The notes under the pieces are model-generated. The model was given only the letters and a program-made list of their open reading frames with translations. It was not told where the DNA came from and did not search any database. This document shows positions 1 through 11,373 of a stretch of DNA of 64,000 bases, one piece after another. The translations under genes were made by a program, and so were the position numbers. Source of the stretch: Octopus sinensis (lineage: Eukaryota); NCBI RefSeq assembly GCF_006345805.1, contig NC_043017.1, positions 13,206,001 to 13,270,000 of the forward strand, in the 5' to 3' direction. Positions within the stretch are counted from its first letter, which is position 1. Each line of letters begins with the position of its first letter.

Positions 1-658
1 TGCTTAAATTTTATTTCACTGCTTAAGCCATAAATACTAGATTTATAGTCAAATATGCCTCTAGTAGGGACTGGGTTGACATCAGCAATGTGTAACCCGA
101 GATGTTTGAAGAGCAGGCCCACAGAAAGTCTTCCCACTACATATTCTCCCTCGATTGTCAATTCTTTGACTAAGCTGTTCCAAAGAGTTTTAGAATTCTT
201 AAAGCACATTTTTAAAAATATCTTACATAAACATTAAATGCACAAGAAAGATGGCCATCCTGACAGGTTACTCTAAGATCAAGTTCTGTCAACTTAACGT
301 ATCAAGTTATCTACAATTATATAGAGAGTTGTGTGTATATTACTCCCTTGCAACAATACTCCCGCATTGAAAAAAAAAAAGGCAAAACCCTCCCGTCAAG
401 AACGTTGTCAGTAAAGACAGATGCGGAAATGTTTACAATCTTGAAGTCTCAACACTGCACTTGGCCTCGCTTTTCTGACCTCTAACTTCGTCCATTTATC
501 ATTCCACAGCATATCAGCTTCTTTTAATCCAATATTTCTGTCTATTATAAATAATCCCTTCCTCACGTCTCATCCATAGCGATTATTCGCGTTTTACACA
601 TTATATACACATGGTTAGAGTCAGTAATGTGTCAAATAATAACTTTTTATGTATGTGT

Positions 659-702
<44 letters not shown>

Positions 703-1128
703 ACATACATACACACACACGCACATGTGTTTTTACGCGTATGTTTGGGCCATCATAAATCATTGATATAATTAAAGAATTTCTTCGCAATTCTATATTC
801 CTAAACATTAAAAGAATTATGTTGTAAAAATAATAATATAGGAAAATAAACCAAGATACTGATTTCCTAAGCTATATAAATAAATCATTAAACAATTCAT
901 AGAAACATATATCGGTCCCAACCCCATGCAATAAAAGAGACGTAAATTTTGGGTAAAGTACTTCTAATGTCATTAAATACGGTACAATGGAGCCACGAAC
1001 ATTTTAAAATTTTATTTTTGGCATTACTTGTGCTGTAGATACTAAATATATTGTATGAATTATCATTTAATATATAGAAAAAATATTTAAAGTTAAAATA
1101 GTCGTGTTATAATTACCTTGCCTGCCAT
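1..1128 (-). CDS. Candidate 5' end of an unidentified spliced gene running off the left edge: complement(join(1117..1128, <1..197)), MAGK|NSKTLWNSLVKELTIEGEYVVGRLSVGLLFKHLGLHIADVNPVPTRGIFDYKSSIYGLSSEIKFK...
   Basis: ATG GCA GGC AAG|gtaatt donor at 1116; acceptor ctttaag|AAT at 198/197 in the same phase (0); frame open from 197 to the window edge. No homology recognised. Confidence 0.35.
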
Positions 1129-2102
1129 AGCAACTTAACAACTCTTGGGAAACGGCGACTTGCTGCTTGCAACAAAAAGTTGCAATGGATTGATGCCAAA
1201 GTTATTTTTGCTTATGAATTCTTTCTCTATTATTCATTTATTTATTTATTAGTCGTCTCATACTCATCTAACTTCGGTAACGGTAAATATATTACATTGA
1301 AAGAGACAGACAGGGAGAAAAAAATGTACTTTTTAAAATTAAAGCCAAAACTTTTATCAATAATTCTGTAAATTCTTGAAAAGTGTTTTTTTCTTTCATA
1401 ACCTTTATTTCAATTTAATATTCGCGTCATTACGTGAATAAACGGTAACACATATAGAACTAAAATGATATACAGGTAACAAATCACACACGAATACATA
1501 AACGCGTATACTTTGTAATATATAAAGGCATTGAAAAATTGCAGAGGAATTATAAAGGTTTAGCACTGGTTGCAGATGCATTAAATATTTTGCGATAACA
1601 AAGTAAACCCTTTTTATATATATATGTATTTTTTCGCCCTGGTTCCTATTTTCGGTGGGAAAACAATTTTTGTAAAACTAGATCTTGGTAACATAGCTGG
1701 AACTTGGTGGGTAACAGCTGGAACTTGGGCACACTGGGCAGTTGCCCTCGGCCCCGTAGGTCTAGGACCCAATTCCAATTTATGTATTATATATTTCTTT
1801 ATTGCCCACAAGGGGCTAAACATAAAATTTATGTATTATAGAGCCCAGTGCATTAATTTGCCCAAGGGCCTATAAGGCTACTGGATGGTACCATAGTCAA
1901 TGAGATTGTTCTCATAATTCTTTGTCAATCATAACTGAGTAGATCTATAATCAGAGGTTTCCAATTATGACCATCATGTCTGTCGCACGACAAATGACCT
2001 TTTACCCATCTTCTTTATGATATATTTTAAATAATTTTTTTCTTTTAGTTTTGAAAAAAAAAGGAATTACATTATCCAGAGCAACACTTCTATTTTTAAG
2101 AT

Positions 2103-2861
2103 GTTTTTATTAATAGTAATTCTAGAAGACATTGCGACATATCTGGAGCAACGAGTGCGCACGGTTTAAAGAGGACTCACAAACCGACTAAATGATTGAC
2201 TAAGGGATTTGACTGCTATTTCTAGTTGCCACATAGAAGCGCCCTCCGTCGTTTGTGGATAAGGGTCCCAATGATAATAGCAGTGCTGCTGCTACCGCTA
2301 AAACTCGACTAACCAGCCACTGTGCGACAATTGTTTTGCCTTACTTTGAGTCTTCAATTCTTGTCTTTTGAATATTTTAGACCTGGCAGAATTCATCCCT
2401 CTCCGATTTCTTTCAAGGGAGAGAGAGAGAGAGTGTGTGTGTGTGATTAGGTGTTTGTGTGGTAGAGAGGGAAGAATCGACCCCACGACAGGACGGGTAC
2501 ATTATTTATCAATCTCCAAAGAATGAAAGGCAAAGCTGACCGCGGAGGGATTTGAATTCTGAGCTCAGAGAGCCGGGACAATTACTGCGAAGCAATCTAT
2601 CCAATGCCCTGACTGCCAGTTGACCGTCAATAACAACTATTAAGACAACAAATTCTTCAGGATTTTGTTGTACCTTAAGACGGTCATTTCTCCAATAAAA
2701 ACACCCATACTCGTTATAAATCAACTGTTAACTAGCCAATCGATTGTTCGAGTCATTTTATCAGTCAATCATTTAGTCGGTTTGTGAATCCTCTTGTAAC
2801 AATGCGCCCTCGTTGCGCCAGATCTGTCGCAATGTCTTCTAGAATTATTATCAATAAAAAC
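2103..2861. repeat. Inverted repeat, ~100-bp arms (2103-2201 / 2763-2861)
   Basis: ttctagaagacattgcgaca..caaaccgactaaatgattgact is mirrored. Confidence 0.8.
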
Positions 2862-2984
2862 TTTTTAAGTACTTATTAATGTAATAACATTTTGTTGTTG
2901 CACACTTGAGCACTGTATATAATCAATTTATTATCATCATTATTATAGGTTTCAAATTTTGACACAAGGCCAGCAATTTCGAAG

Positions 2985-3497
2985 AGGAGATAAGTCGATT
3001 CTTACTTATTTTATCGGCCCCGAAGGGGATAAAAGACTAGGTCGACATCGGCGGAATTTGAACTCAGGCCGTAAAGAAGGATGAAATACCTATTTCTTTA
3101 CTACCCACAAGGGGCTAAACACAGAGAGGACAAACAAGGACAGACAAACGGGTTAAGTCGATTTTATCGACCAGTGCGTAACTGGTACTTATTTAATCGA
3201 CCCCGAAAGGATGAAAGGCAAAGTCGACCTCGCGGAATTTGAACTCAGAACGTAGCGGCAGACGAAATACCTATTTCTTTATTACCCACAAGGAGCTAAA
3301 CACAGAGGGGACAAACAAGGACTGACATAGGTATTAAGTCGATTACATCAACCCCAGTGCGTGACTGGTACTTAATTTATCGACCCCGAAAGGATGAAAG
3401 GCAAAGTCGACCTCGGCAGAATTTGAACTCAGAACGTAGCGGCAGACGAAATACCGCTCAGCATTTCGCCCGGCGTGCTAACGATTCCGCCAGCTCG
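2985..3497 (-). mobile_element. SINE family 2, head-to-tail tandem array (about 2.7 units)
   Basis: ggcgagctggc..gttctgagttcaaattc..cttgtgggtaataaagaaata units joined at 3090/3091 and 3271/3272. Confidence 0.85.
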
Positions 3498-4320
3498 CCT
3501 TATATTATTATTATTATTATTAATACGATTATTATTATTATTAGCAACAATTATTAAACTCTATGGATCTATTCAATTTGACGGCCAGATTTTTTAATTA
3601 ATTTTTTTTTGTTAACTACTGTCTTGACCTAAGTAAAACTTGAAATTAAAATAAAACCAGTCGGTTACATCTCATCCTAAGCGGCCGAAAGGTCTTCTTA
3701 GCGCCTAATTTCACAATTAGACTAAATAGTTTAAGTTACACTACTATATTTATTCGTAGCACATTGCGTTCGTACTCAAATAATTGAAGATACGCGATCT
3801 TAGGTTTTATTGAAGTTTAGCCGAAGATACAAATGATACGATAGAGAATTAACAGCTTTACAAGTTAGTGAGTGTATTCTGTCGAAACACATTTTTAATT
3901 CTCTATGTGTAAACATGTAATTTTCGATTAAACATCTATTAATCTCAAAAATATTGAATAATTTTGTTCTCATGAACCTAACAGCAAAACGGGTACCAAC
4001 TTAATAGACAATGCGAAAACACGAATTGGTTATACAGAAACGCCGAAACGAATTTTTGAGAAACCGAAACTATAAGTGAAATCATACAAAATTTTGAGGA
4101 ACGAATCAAACGAGGCAGTTTACATCGCCACCGCTTACTGTATATAATATTTTTATCGTACTATATTATTTTTAGTTGTCGTTAGTTTGCGAAAAAATTA
4201 TTAGTAGAAAAAACTTGGATATCTGTTTTTAAAAATTGATAATTTCTTTCCGGAAGTTATATCATCGGCTTTAAGATTTATTCCGCGAATGTATGTGTAT
4301 GATGTTACAGCTGTGACAGA

Positions 4321-7300
4321 ATGGGCGAGGAGAAAACGCCAAAACAACAACTACTAATGACAACACTGGAAAGTTTGGGTAACCATCTGCATTCGCAGAT
4401 CACGACCAGGTTCCCTCAGTTGACTTATAGTCTGGTTTCTAAAATCACTGGAATTCTGTTGGAATGTGGAGAAAAAGAGGTTTTAGCGATGTTGCAAAAT
4501 GGACCGAAATTACAGATGCGGATATCGCAGGTGCTACGAACCCTTTATACAGATCAACCTTCTCACAGTCAAATCACATCACCACAGTTAGTATTTTACT
4601 CTTAATCTTGTTGAAACATTAATATTATAACAATCAGTAGTTGTTTATGGTATCGTTATTATTATTAGTTGTTGTTGGTTTCTTTCTTTTTTATTTTTTC
4701 CAAATTTACGTTTTGCGTTCAAACCATGTCGAAGTCGACTTAGCATGTCATCCTTTCGGGGCCCGTAAATGAAATACTGTTAGAGTACTGGGATCAATTC
4801 CTCCCCGTTCCCCCCAAACTAAAACTGCTGGCCTTCTATCAAAATTTGAAACCACCAAATGCTTTGTTTTCTGTCCTTTTGGGGTTGATGATACAAGTTC
4901 CATTTAAGCACTGAGATGGATGCAATCGATTACCCTCTTTGCGCAAAATTTCAGGCCTTGTGCCTAAACTAGAAAGAATTATTATTAGTGGGTTTTTTTT
5001 ACTAGTTTAGGGGCGATGGGTTTATTCCGTTCCGAGTTCAAATTCTGTGGAAGTCAAGTCAACCATTTATCACATCGGAGTGTCAATAAAACCAATATTA
5101 GGATCGATAGAATCAACTAGCCACATTCTTTCAAAATTGCTGACCTTGCGCCTAAATGAGAAACCTTTATTAGTGTTGTTTATTCTATAATTATTAGCTG
5201 TTAGGGATTCCTTACTCCTTTTGTTTAAGGGTGACGGATTTGTTATGGTTCGTTATATTCTGAGTTCAAATTTCATCAGAGTCAACTTTCAGTTTAAGTA
5301 CTGGTGGCCGTGTAAATTGTTAACATATGCCTATGTTAGAAATAATTAATTTAAATTAGTTTGTAGTCGACTTTGCTTTTCATCCTTTCTTTTTTCTTGT
5401 TAAAGCAAGTATTGGCCGGACCATATTTTATGTTGCTCGCGACTAAGGACGAGCCAAATAGCCTGAAACGGATTCAGTATCGCGATCCTGTTATCTGCTA
5501 GAGGGTAGTAAGGGTTCGTCCCTCCTGCTAACAATATATTGTATATAAAGGGTGCAGAATGTTGCACCGATAAACAGCTGGCAGAAAATCTGCCTGGGGT
5601 TAAGCTAGTAACATTCAACAGTCACTTTGATGTGGCGACTGGCTTTACTGTTTAATATAGTTACTACTCGATCTCTTCTTGAGATTTTACAACTAGCTAT
5701 TTTGGTTTATATATATATATATGCAGCACGGATTTTTGTCAGTGAACAGGTCGCGGATTTTAGCGACGAAAATATTTTGACAAATTAAACTTAAATGTTG
5801 AAGTGAATCGAACGGCTTTTGTGTGTTTCTTAAATGGCTTACAAACACCTTCCACGCTGCAATTATATATATATATGGAAACGACTCTTAAAGTCACTCA
5901 TCTGGTGGCTGGATCATATATATATATGATATTTCTATAATAGTATGATATGGAAAATTCAACAGCTAACAGCTGTTATCAATAAACAGAAACAATTGCT
6001 GTGATTTGTGATTAAAGCCTGTTCATTCCATCTTGTTTTGATCCTGACGAATCGCCTTTACTGCTAAGTGCTTTATAGGTGCGAAACCAACGGTCACGCT
6101 ATGACTGGCCATAACTTAACAACTTCTTTAAAAAAATATTTTTGTTCTAATGCCTTAGAGTCTGCTTCTTTTTCGGATATATGAACTACGCACAATATAT
6201 ATGTGTGAGTGTGTGTGTTTTATTTGAGATTTGTTTAAGTTCTTCGTGGAGTTCAAGTCGGCCGGTTAACTAAGTTCCAAAACTTTTTAAGACAGTTCTT
6301 GGAATTTGTAAGTATGTAGTTCAGTTAGTGGTGTGCATAGATGTGGGTGTGTTCACTTCTATTTATGTTCTATGGCGAGCTGGCAGAAACGTTAGCACGC
6401 CGGGCGAAATGCTCAGCAGTATTTCGTTGCCGTTACGTTCTGAGTTCAAATTACGCCGAGGTCGCTTAATGTGGGGTGGACCTAAAGATTTAAGGCGGCG
6501 AGCTGGCAGAAACGTTAGCACGTCGGGCGAAATGCGTAGCTGTATTTCGTCTGTCGCTACGTTCCGAGTTCAAATTCCGCCGAGGTCGACTTTGCCTTTC
6601 ATCCTTTCGGGGTCGATAAATTAAGTACCAGTTGCGCACTGGGTTCGATGTAATCGACTTAATCCCTTTGTCTGTCCTTGTTTGTCCCCTCTATGTTTAG
6701 CCCCTCGTGGGTAGTAAAGAAATATATTTATGTTCTATGTGAATCTGTCTCTTTAATACCTAGTTTGTACGTGTGTTTGTACATTACTTTTTATGTATGT
6801 CTTTGTGGAGGCACTCAAACAGATGGGTGTGCATTTATTCATTTAAGGAATCTTAGGTGGAGTCTTTAGAATGTCTTACAATTTTTTTTCTGTGTTGCTA
6901 ATACAGTGGTTCTCAACCATTCTTTGCCTATCGACCCCTTTGATTCCTATTTTTCTCAACTGGACCGCCTTAACCATTTGTTGTATATATATATATATAT
7001 GAAAAAAAACCTACTGTATTTTTGTAATTAAATATTATTAGGAATTGTATAAAATTTTTTAAATAGTTTGTGTATTATAGAAGTAAAAGCAATTTATTGC
7101 ACATAAATTTTAATAAGAAAATCTTATATGAGCCCTCAAGGGCCATATGGATTCTGGTTTGGAATCCCTGTGCTTATAGATTGGATTTGGAGGATGTGTA
7201 TCATTTTCTTTTGTTCTTTAGAAAATCCTAGCAAATCTATATTTTCAAGTATGTATGGATGCATGATGATGATGGCTTCCATTGAAATATGCTATCTTTG

Positions 7301-7847
7301 TTTCAATTAATTTTGGAAACAATGAAAAATTTAATAAAATAACTGTTATTATTTAGCTAATGTAGGGTGGCAAGCTGGCGGAATCGTTAGCACACTGGGA
7401 GAAACACTTAGCAGCATTTTGTTTGTCCTTATGTTCTGAGTTCAAATGCTGCTGGGGTTGACTTTGCCTTTCACCCTTTCAGGATTGATAAAATAAGTGC
7501 CAGTTGAACACTGGGGTCGTTGTAATCAACTATTCCCCTCCCCAAATTTCAGGCCTTGTCCCTATAGTAGAAAGGATTATTAATCTAGTGTAAGGCAGCA
7601 AGCTGGCAGAACCATTAGTATACTGGGGAAAATGCTTTGCGGCATTTCGTATGTCCTTATGTTCTGAGTTCAAATTCTGCCAATAGAAGGAGTGGCTGTG
7701 TGGTAAGTAGCTTGTTTACCAACCACATGGTTCTGGGTTCAGTCCCACTGCGTGGCACCTTGGTCAAGTGCCTTCTACTATAGCCTCGGGCCGACCAAAG
7801 CCTTGTGAGTGGATTTGGTAGACGGAAACTGAAAGAAGCATGTCGTA

Positions 7848-7886
<39 letters not shown>

Positions 7887-10800
7887 GTGTGTGTCCCCCT
7901 AGCATTGCTTGACAACTGATGCTGGTGTGTTTATGTCCCCGTTACTTAGCAGTTCAGCAAAAGAGACCGATAGAATAAGCACTGGGCTTACAAAAGAATA
8001 AGTCCCGGGGTTGAGTTGCTCGATTAAAGGCGGTGCTCCAGCATGGCCACAGTCAAATGACTGAAACAAGTAAAAGAGAGATAGATAGATAGACAGGCAG
8101 ATAGGTAGGTAGGTAGGCAGACAGATAGACAGACAGACAAATAGATAAATAGAGAGAGAGAGATAAGAGCAAGAGGGAGATAGAGAGAACAGGAGAAAGA
8201 ATTGAAATATTGGTGGTGTAGGGGATATTTCAAAGGCATCACTTTCCAAAAGTAAGATTGCTGCTATTTTTCAAATTTGTTATTTTATTCTTTTTCTATA
8301 TTCAGACCCATTGATAACTCTGTTGAATGGACAGATGAAGATTCTGAGAAACTCTTTGATAAAGTAGCTACAATTGAGCCTGTACATTGTGCGAAAATAA
8401 CAGGTTTGTACAAATATTTTGATAACAAACATCAAATCCGTAAAGTGCTTTGTTAAACAAATCAGATGTGTTCGCTGCTTTGGTTTATACATCAAAGCTA
8501 TAGGCTGCACTATAATATACAACAAAGCTATTCAGACTGCCTCATAACGTAGGAGTGGCTGTGTGGTAAGTAGCTTGTTTACCAACCACATGGTTCCGGG
8601 TTCAGTCCCACTGCGTGGCACCTTGGGCAAGTGTCTTCCACTATAGCCTTGGGCCGACCAAAGCCTTGTGAGTGGATTTGGTAGACGGAAACTGAAAGAA
8701 GCCCGTCGTATATATGTATATATATGTGTGTGTATATGTTTGTGTGTCTGTGTTTGTCCCCCCAACATCGCTTGACAACCGATGCTGGTGTGTTTACGTC
8801 ACCGTAACTTAGCGGTTCGGCAAAAGTGACTGATAGAATAAGTACTAGGCTTACAAAGAATAAGTCCTGGGGTCGATTTGCTCGACTAAAGGCGGTGCTC
8901 CAGCATGGCCACAGTCAAATGACTGAAACAAGTAAAAGAGTAAAGAGTAAAAGAATAACATGCAAGGTGCTTTATTACATAAATTAAAACATTGGTTCCT
9001 AATCTTTTACTCCCTGCAATAAGCACTCATGGAAGTACCATGTAAGTGCTCAGGTTGGTTGCACATTAAAAGCACCCAGTACATTCTGTAAAGTGGTTTG
9101 TATTAAAAAGGGCATCCAGCCATAGAAATCAGGCCAAATCAGACTGGAATTGGTGCAGCCTCCCACCTCTGGTCAAACCATCCAATCCATGCCAGCGTGG
9201 AAAATGGACATTAAATGATGATGATGATGGAATTAAAATTTTCTAAAGGTTAATAAAATTAACCAAAATAAATGAGATATATGTTCTACCCTGCACACTG
9301 TAATGTATATATACATATATTCACACACATATATAAACACACACACACACACATATATACATACCTACATAGATTGCTTTTGTCTTTCTAGGAATGCTGT
9401 TAGAAGGAGATAAGAATTTTCTAAGACAATCTCTAATTAATGAAGATCTCTTAAAATCTGCCATCTGTAAAGCTCGACTGACCTACCTTCAGTCAATTGG
9501 TCTTATATCATCTTCTGCTTGTGATACAGAAATAAAAGAAGAAAATTGTTTGGATGACAAAGGAGATGCTATCTACTCACAAGTCACTATGTGGTTTTCT
9601 CCAAAATTAGCTGAAAAAATTACTGGTATGTATCAGTTCAGATAGTTATATATAGTCTTTATTAAATATTAGTTTTGTACATTCAAAAATTATTTGTCAA
9701 CACACACACACACTATTACAGTGTCATATTAATCACATGCACATGCAATACCAACAAATATAAATATACCATCAAACCAAGGTGTAACAGTTCTTGCCTG
9801 ATGATTGCAGTGACATGAAACTTGCTATATAAACATAGTTTTGTTACATTATACATACATACCTATTTCTTTGCTACCCACAAGGGGCTAAACACAGAGA
9901 GGACAAACAAGGACAGACAAACGGATTAAGTCGATTATATCGACCCCAGTCCGTAACTGGTACTTATTTAATCGACACCGAAAGGATGAAAGGTAAAGTC
10001 GACCTCGGCGGAATTTGAACTCAGAGCATAGCGACAGACAAAATACTGCTAAGCTTTTCGCCCGACGTGCTAACGATTCTGCCAGCTTGCCGCCATTATA
10101 CATACATACGCACGCATATATATATAGAAACAACTACAAAGGTATCAAACTGCTAGATCAGGTCATGAAAATTACAGAGAGTTATATCTCAACTAATTAG
10201 GGATATAATTAAACTAGATGAAATGCAGTTTGGTTTTGTTTCTGGGAGAAGTACTACAGATGCCATCTTCATAGTGAGAACAATTGCCAAAAGTAAGCTA
10301 TTGTACTTAGCTTTCATCGACCTGGAGAAAGCTTCTAACAGGGTTCCTCATTTTATTTGATGGTCTCTAAGTAAGCTAAGAGTGGAGGAGTGGCTTGTTG
10401 GAGCAGTTCAAGCCATGTACCACGATGCTGTCAATAAGATGAGAGTTGGCCTTGAATACAGTGATGAATTTAACGTACAAGTTGAAGTACACCAGGGATC
10501 AGTTTTTAGTCCTCTCTTATTCATCATAGTTCTCTAGGCCATAACCATTGAATTCAAAACTGGATGCCCATGGGAACTACTGTATGCTGATGATCTTGCC
10601 CTTATTGCAGAATCTGAAGCAGAATTGGAGAAGTTCTGGGTTTGGAAGCAAAATCTGGAATCAAAGGGCCTTAAAGTTAACTTAGTTAGGACTAAAGTTG
10701 TTAGTGAGAAAGGAGATAAGACTCTCATTCTGGCTGGCAAATGGCCCTGTTCAATATGTAGAAAAGAAGTGGGACATGATTCCATTTGCTGCACCAAGTG

Positions 10801-11373
10801 TAAGCTATGGACACATAAGAGATGCAGTGGAATTGTGGGTAGGTTATCAGATAAGGTTGCTTTTGTGTGTGGCAGATTCACAGGAACACAAAGTGCTAAA
10901 AGCATGAGGGATTTAAACTCTCTTAAATGCCCAGGAGACTCTCTTGAGGAAGTAGATAGTTTCTACTAATTAGGTGACCAAATTAGTAATGGTGGTGGAT
11001 GCTCTGAAAGTAGTTTTTAGAATAAGAATAGGATGTATCTCTCTCTATTAATATGTATTATGTAAAGTGTGACTGGAGAAATCAACCAACCAGCACTTAT
11101 GTCAGTGGAAAGTGGGTTGGCAGTGTTTCGCCCTGAGTTTTGTAGGGAGTGGGATTCAATAATCAGCAATATGACAGTGTTACGATTACTTATTGTTAGT
11201 CTTTCTATATTTCAGGTATGCTGTTGGAGATGCCTTCTGAAGAATTGTCACTGACAGTCAACAATCTCAAAGTATTGAAGAACAGAGCTGAAGAAGCATA
11301 TGTGGCATTGAAAAATAGTGGTCATTTAACGATGTATGAAAGTTCCTTGGAAGATTCAGTTGAATTTGAATAA
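4321..11373 (+). CDS. Triple MLLE (PABC) domain protein, 251 aa; join(4321..4586, 8306..8403, 9392..9625, 11216..11373)
   Basis: Exons join in phase (2,1,1) with GT-AG sites: CCACA|gttagt, ctatattcag|ACCC, ACAG|gtttgt, tttctag|GAATG, ACTG|gtatgt, atttcag|GTATG. The translation has three KITG(I/M)LLE signatures in PABPC/UBR5-like helical context (LGNHLH..SKITGILLE; SEKLFDKV..AKITGMLLE; GDAIYSQV..EKITGMLLE). TAA at 11371-11373. An upstream exon cannot be excluded (acceptor at 4310). Confidence 0.85.
5722..5861 (+). mobile_element. (TA)n-flanked 140-bp repeat carrying a hammerhead-like motif (copy 1); probably a Penelope-like/retrozyme-type remnant
   Basis: Second copy at 59592-59731; both sit between (TA)n runs and have short TGCAGC...GCTGCA termini. 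Confidence 0.7.
5735..5784 (+). ncRNA. Minimal type I hammerhead ribozyme motif, G3:C8 core variant (copy 1)
   Basis: Stem I tttgtca/tgacaaa; core GUGAACA(G); stem II gtcgc/gcgac; GAAA; palindromic stem III AAUAUU; NUH = UUU. Confidence 0.6.
6375..6723 (+). mobile_element. SINE family 2 with duplicated head
   Basis: Two heads (about 6375 and 6495), then one body. Confidence 0.8.
6904..7170. mobile_element. hAT-type MITE
   Basis: CAGTGGTTCTCAACC...GGTTTGGAATCCCTG termini; 8-bp TSD TGCTAATA/TGCTTATA. Confidence 0.7.
7688..8077 (+). mobile_element. tRNA-derived SINE family 1 (octopus OR/OK-like)
   Basis: Head ggagtggctgtgtggtaag..ggttcagtccc (A/B boxes), internal (TA)/(TG) tract, tail gactgaaacaagtaaaag. 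Confidence 0.85.
8549..8953 (+). mobile_element. tRNA-derived SINE family 1
   Basis: Full-length copy. Confidence 0.88.
9862..10093 (-). mobile_element. SINE family 2
   Basis: Full-length reverse copy. Confidence 0.85.
10131..11025 (+). mobile_element. RTE-clade LINE reverse transcriptase fragment (decayed), in intron 3 of the MLLE gene
   Basis: NYKGIKLLDQVMK, QFGF..STTDAIF, AFIDLEKA, HQGSVFSPLLF, LLYADDL and a CSIC..CTKC..THKRC insertion, with stops and frameshifts. Confidence 0.9.

Noticed and set aside
400-540. Open frame NIGLKEADMLWNDKW.. on the - strand
   Set aside because: Acceptor phase is incompatible with the MAGK exon, there is no clear donor, and the frame ends in a stop.
4321-4605. 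Calling the MLLE gene PABPC1 or UBR5
   Set aside because: No RRM or HECT exons were found nearby, and there are three MLLEs, so no gene symbol was assigned.
5400-5618. 72-aa - strand ORF (..APFIYNILLAGGTNPYYPLAD..)
   Set aside because: No homology recognised and no splice partners; better explained as structured repeat sequence.
7657-8768. Recurring ORFs of the MLGGQTQTH..RLPNPLTRLWSARGYSRRHLPKVPRSGTEP type (also at 12422, 14120, 36181, 45634, 50945)
   Set aside because: They are translations of SINE family 1, not genes.
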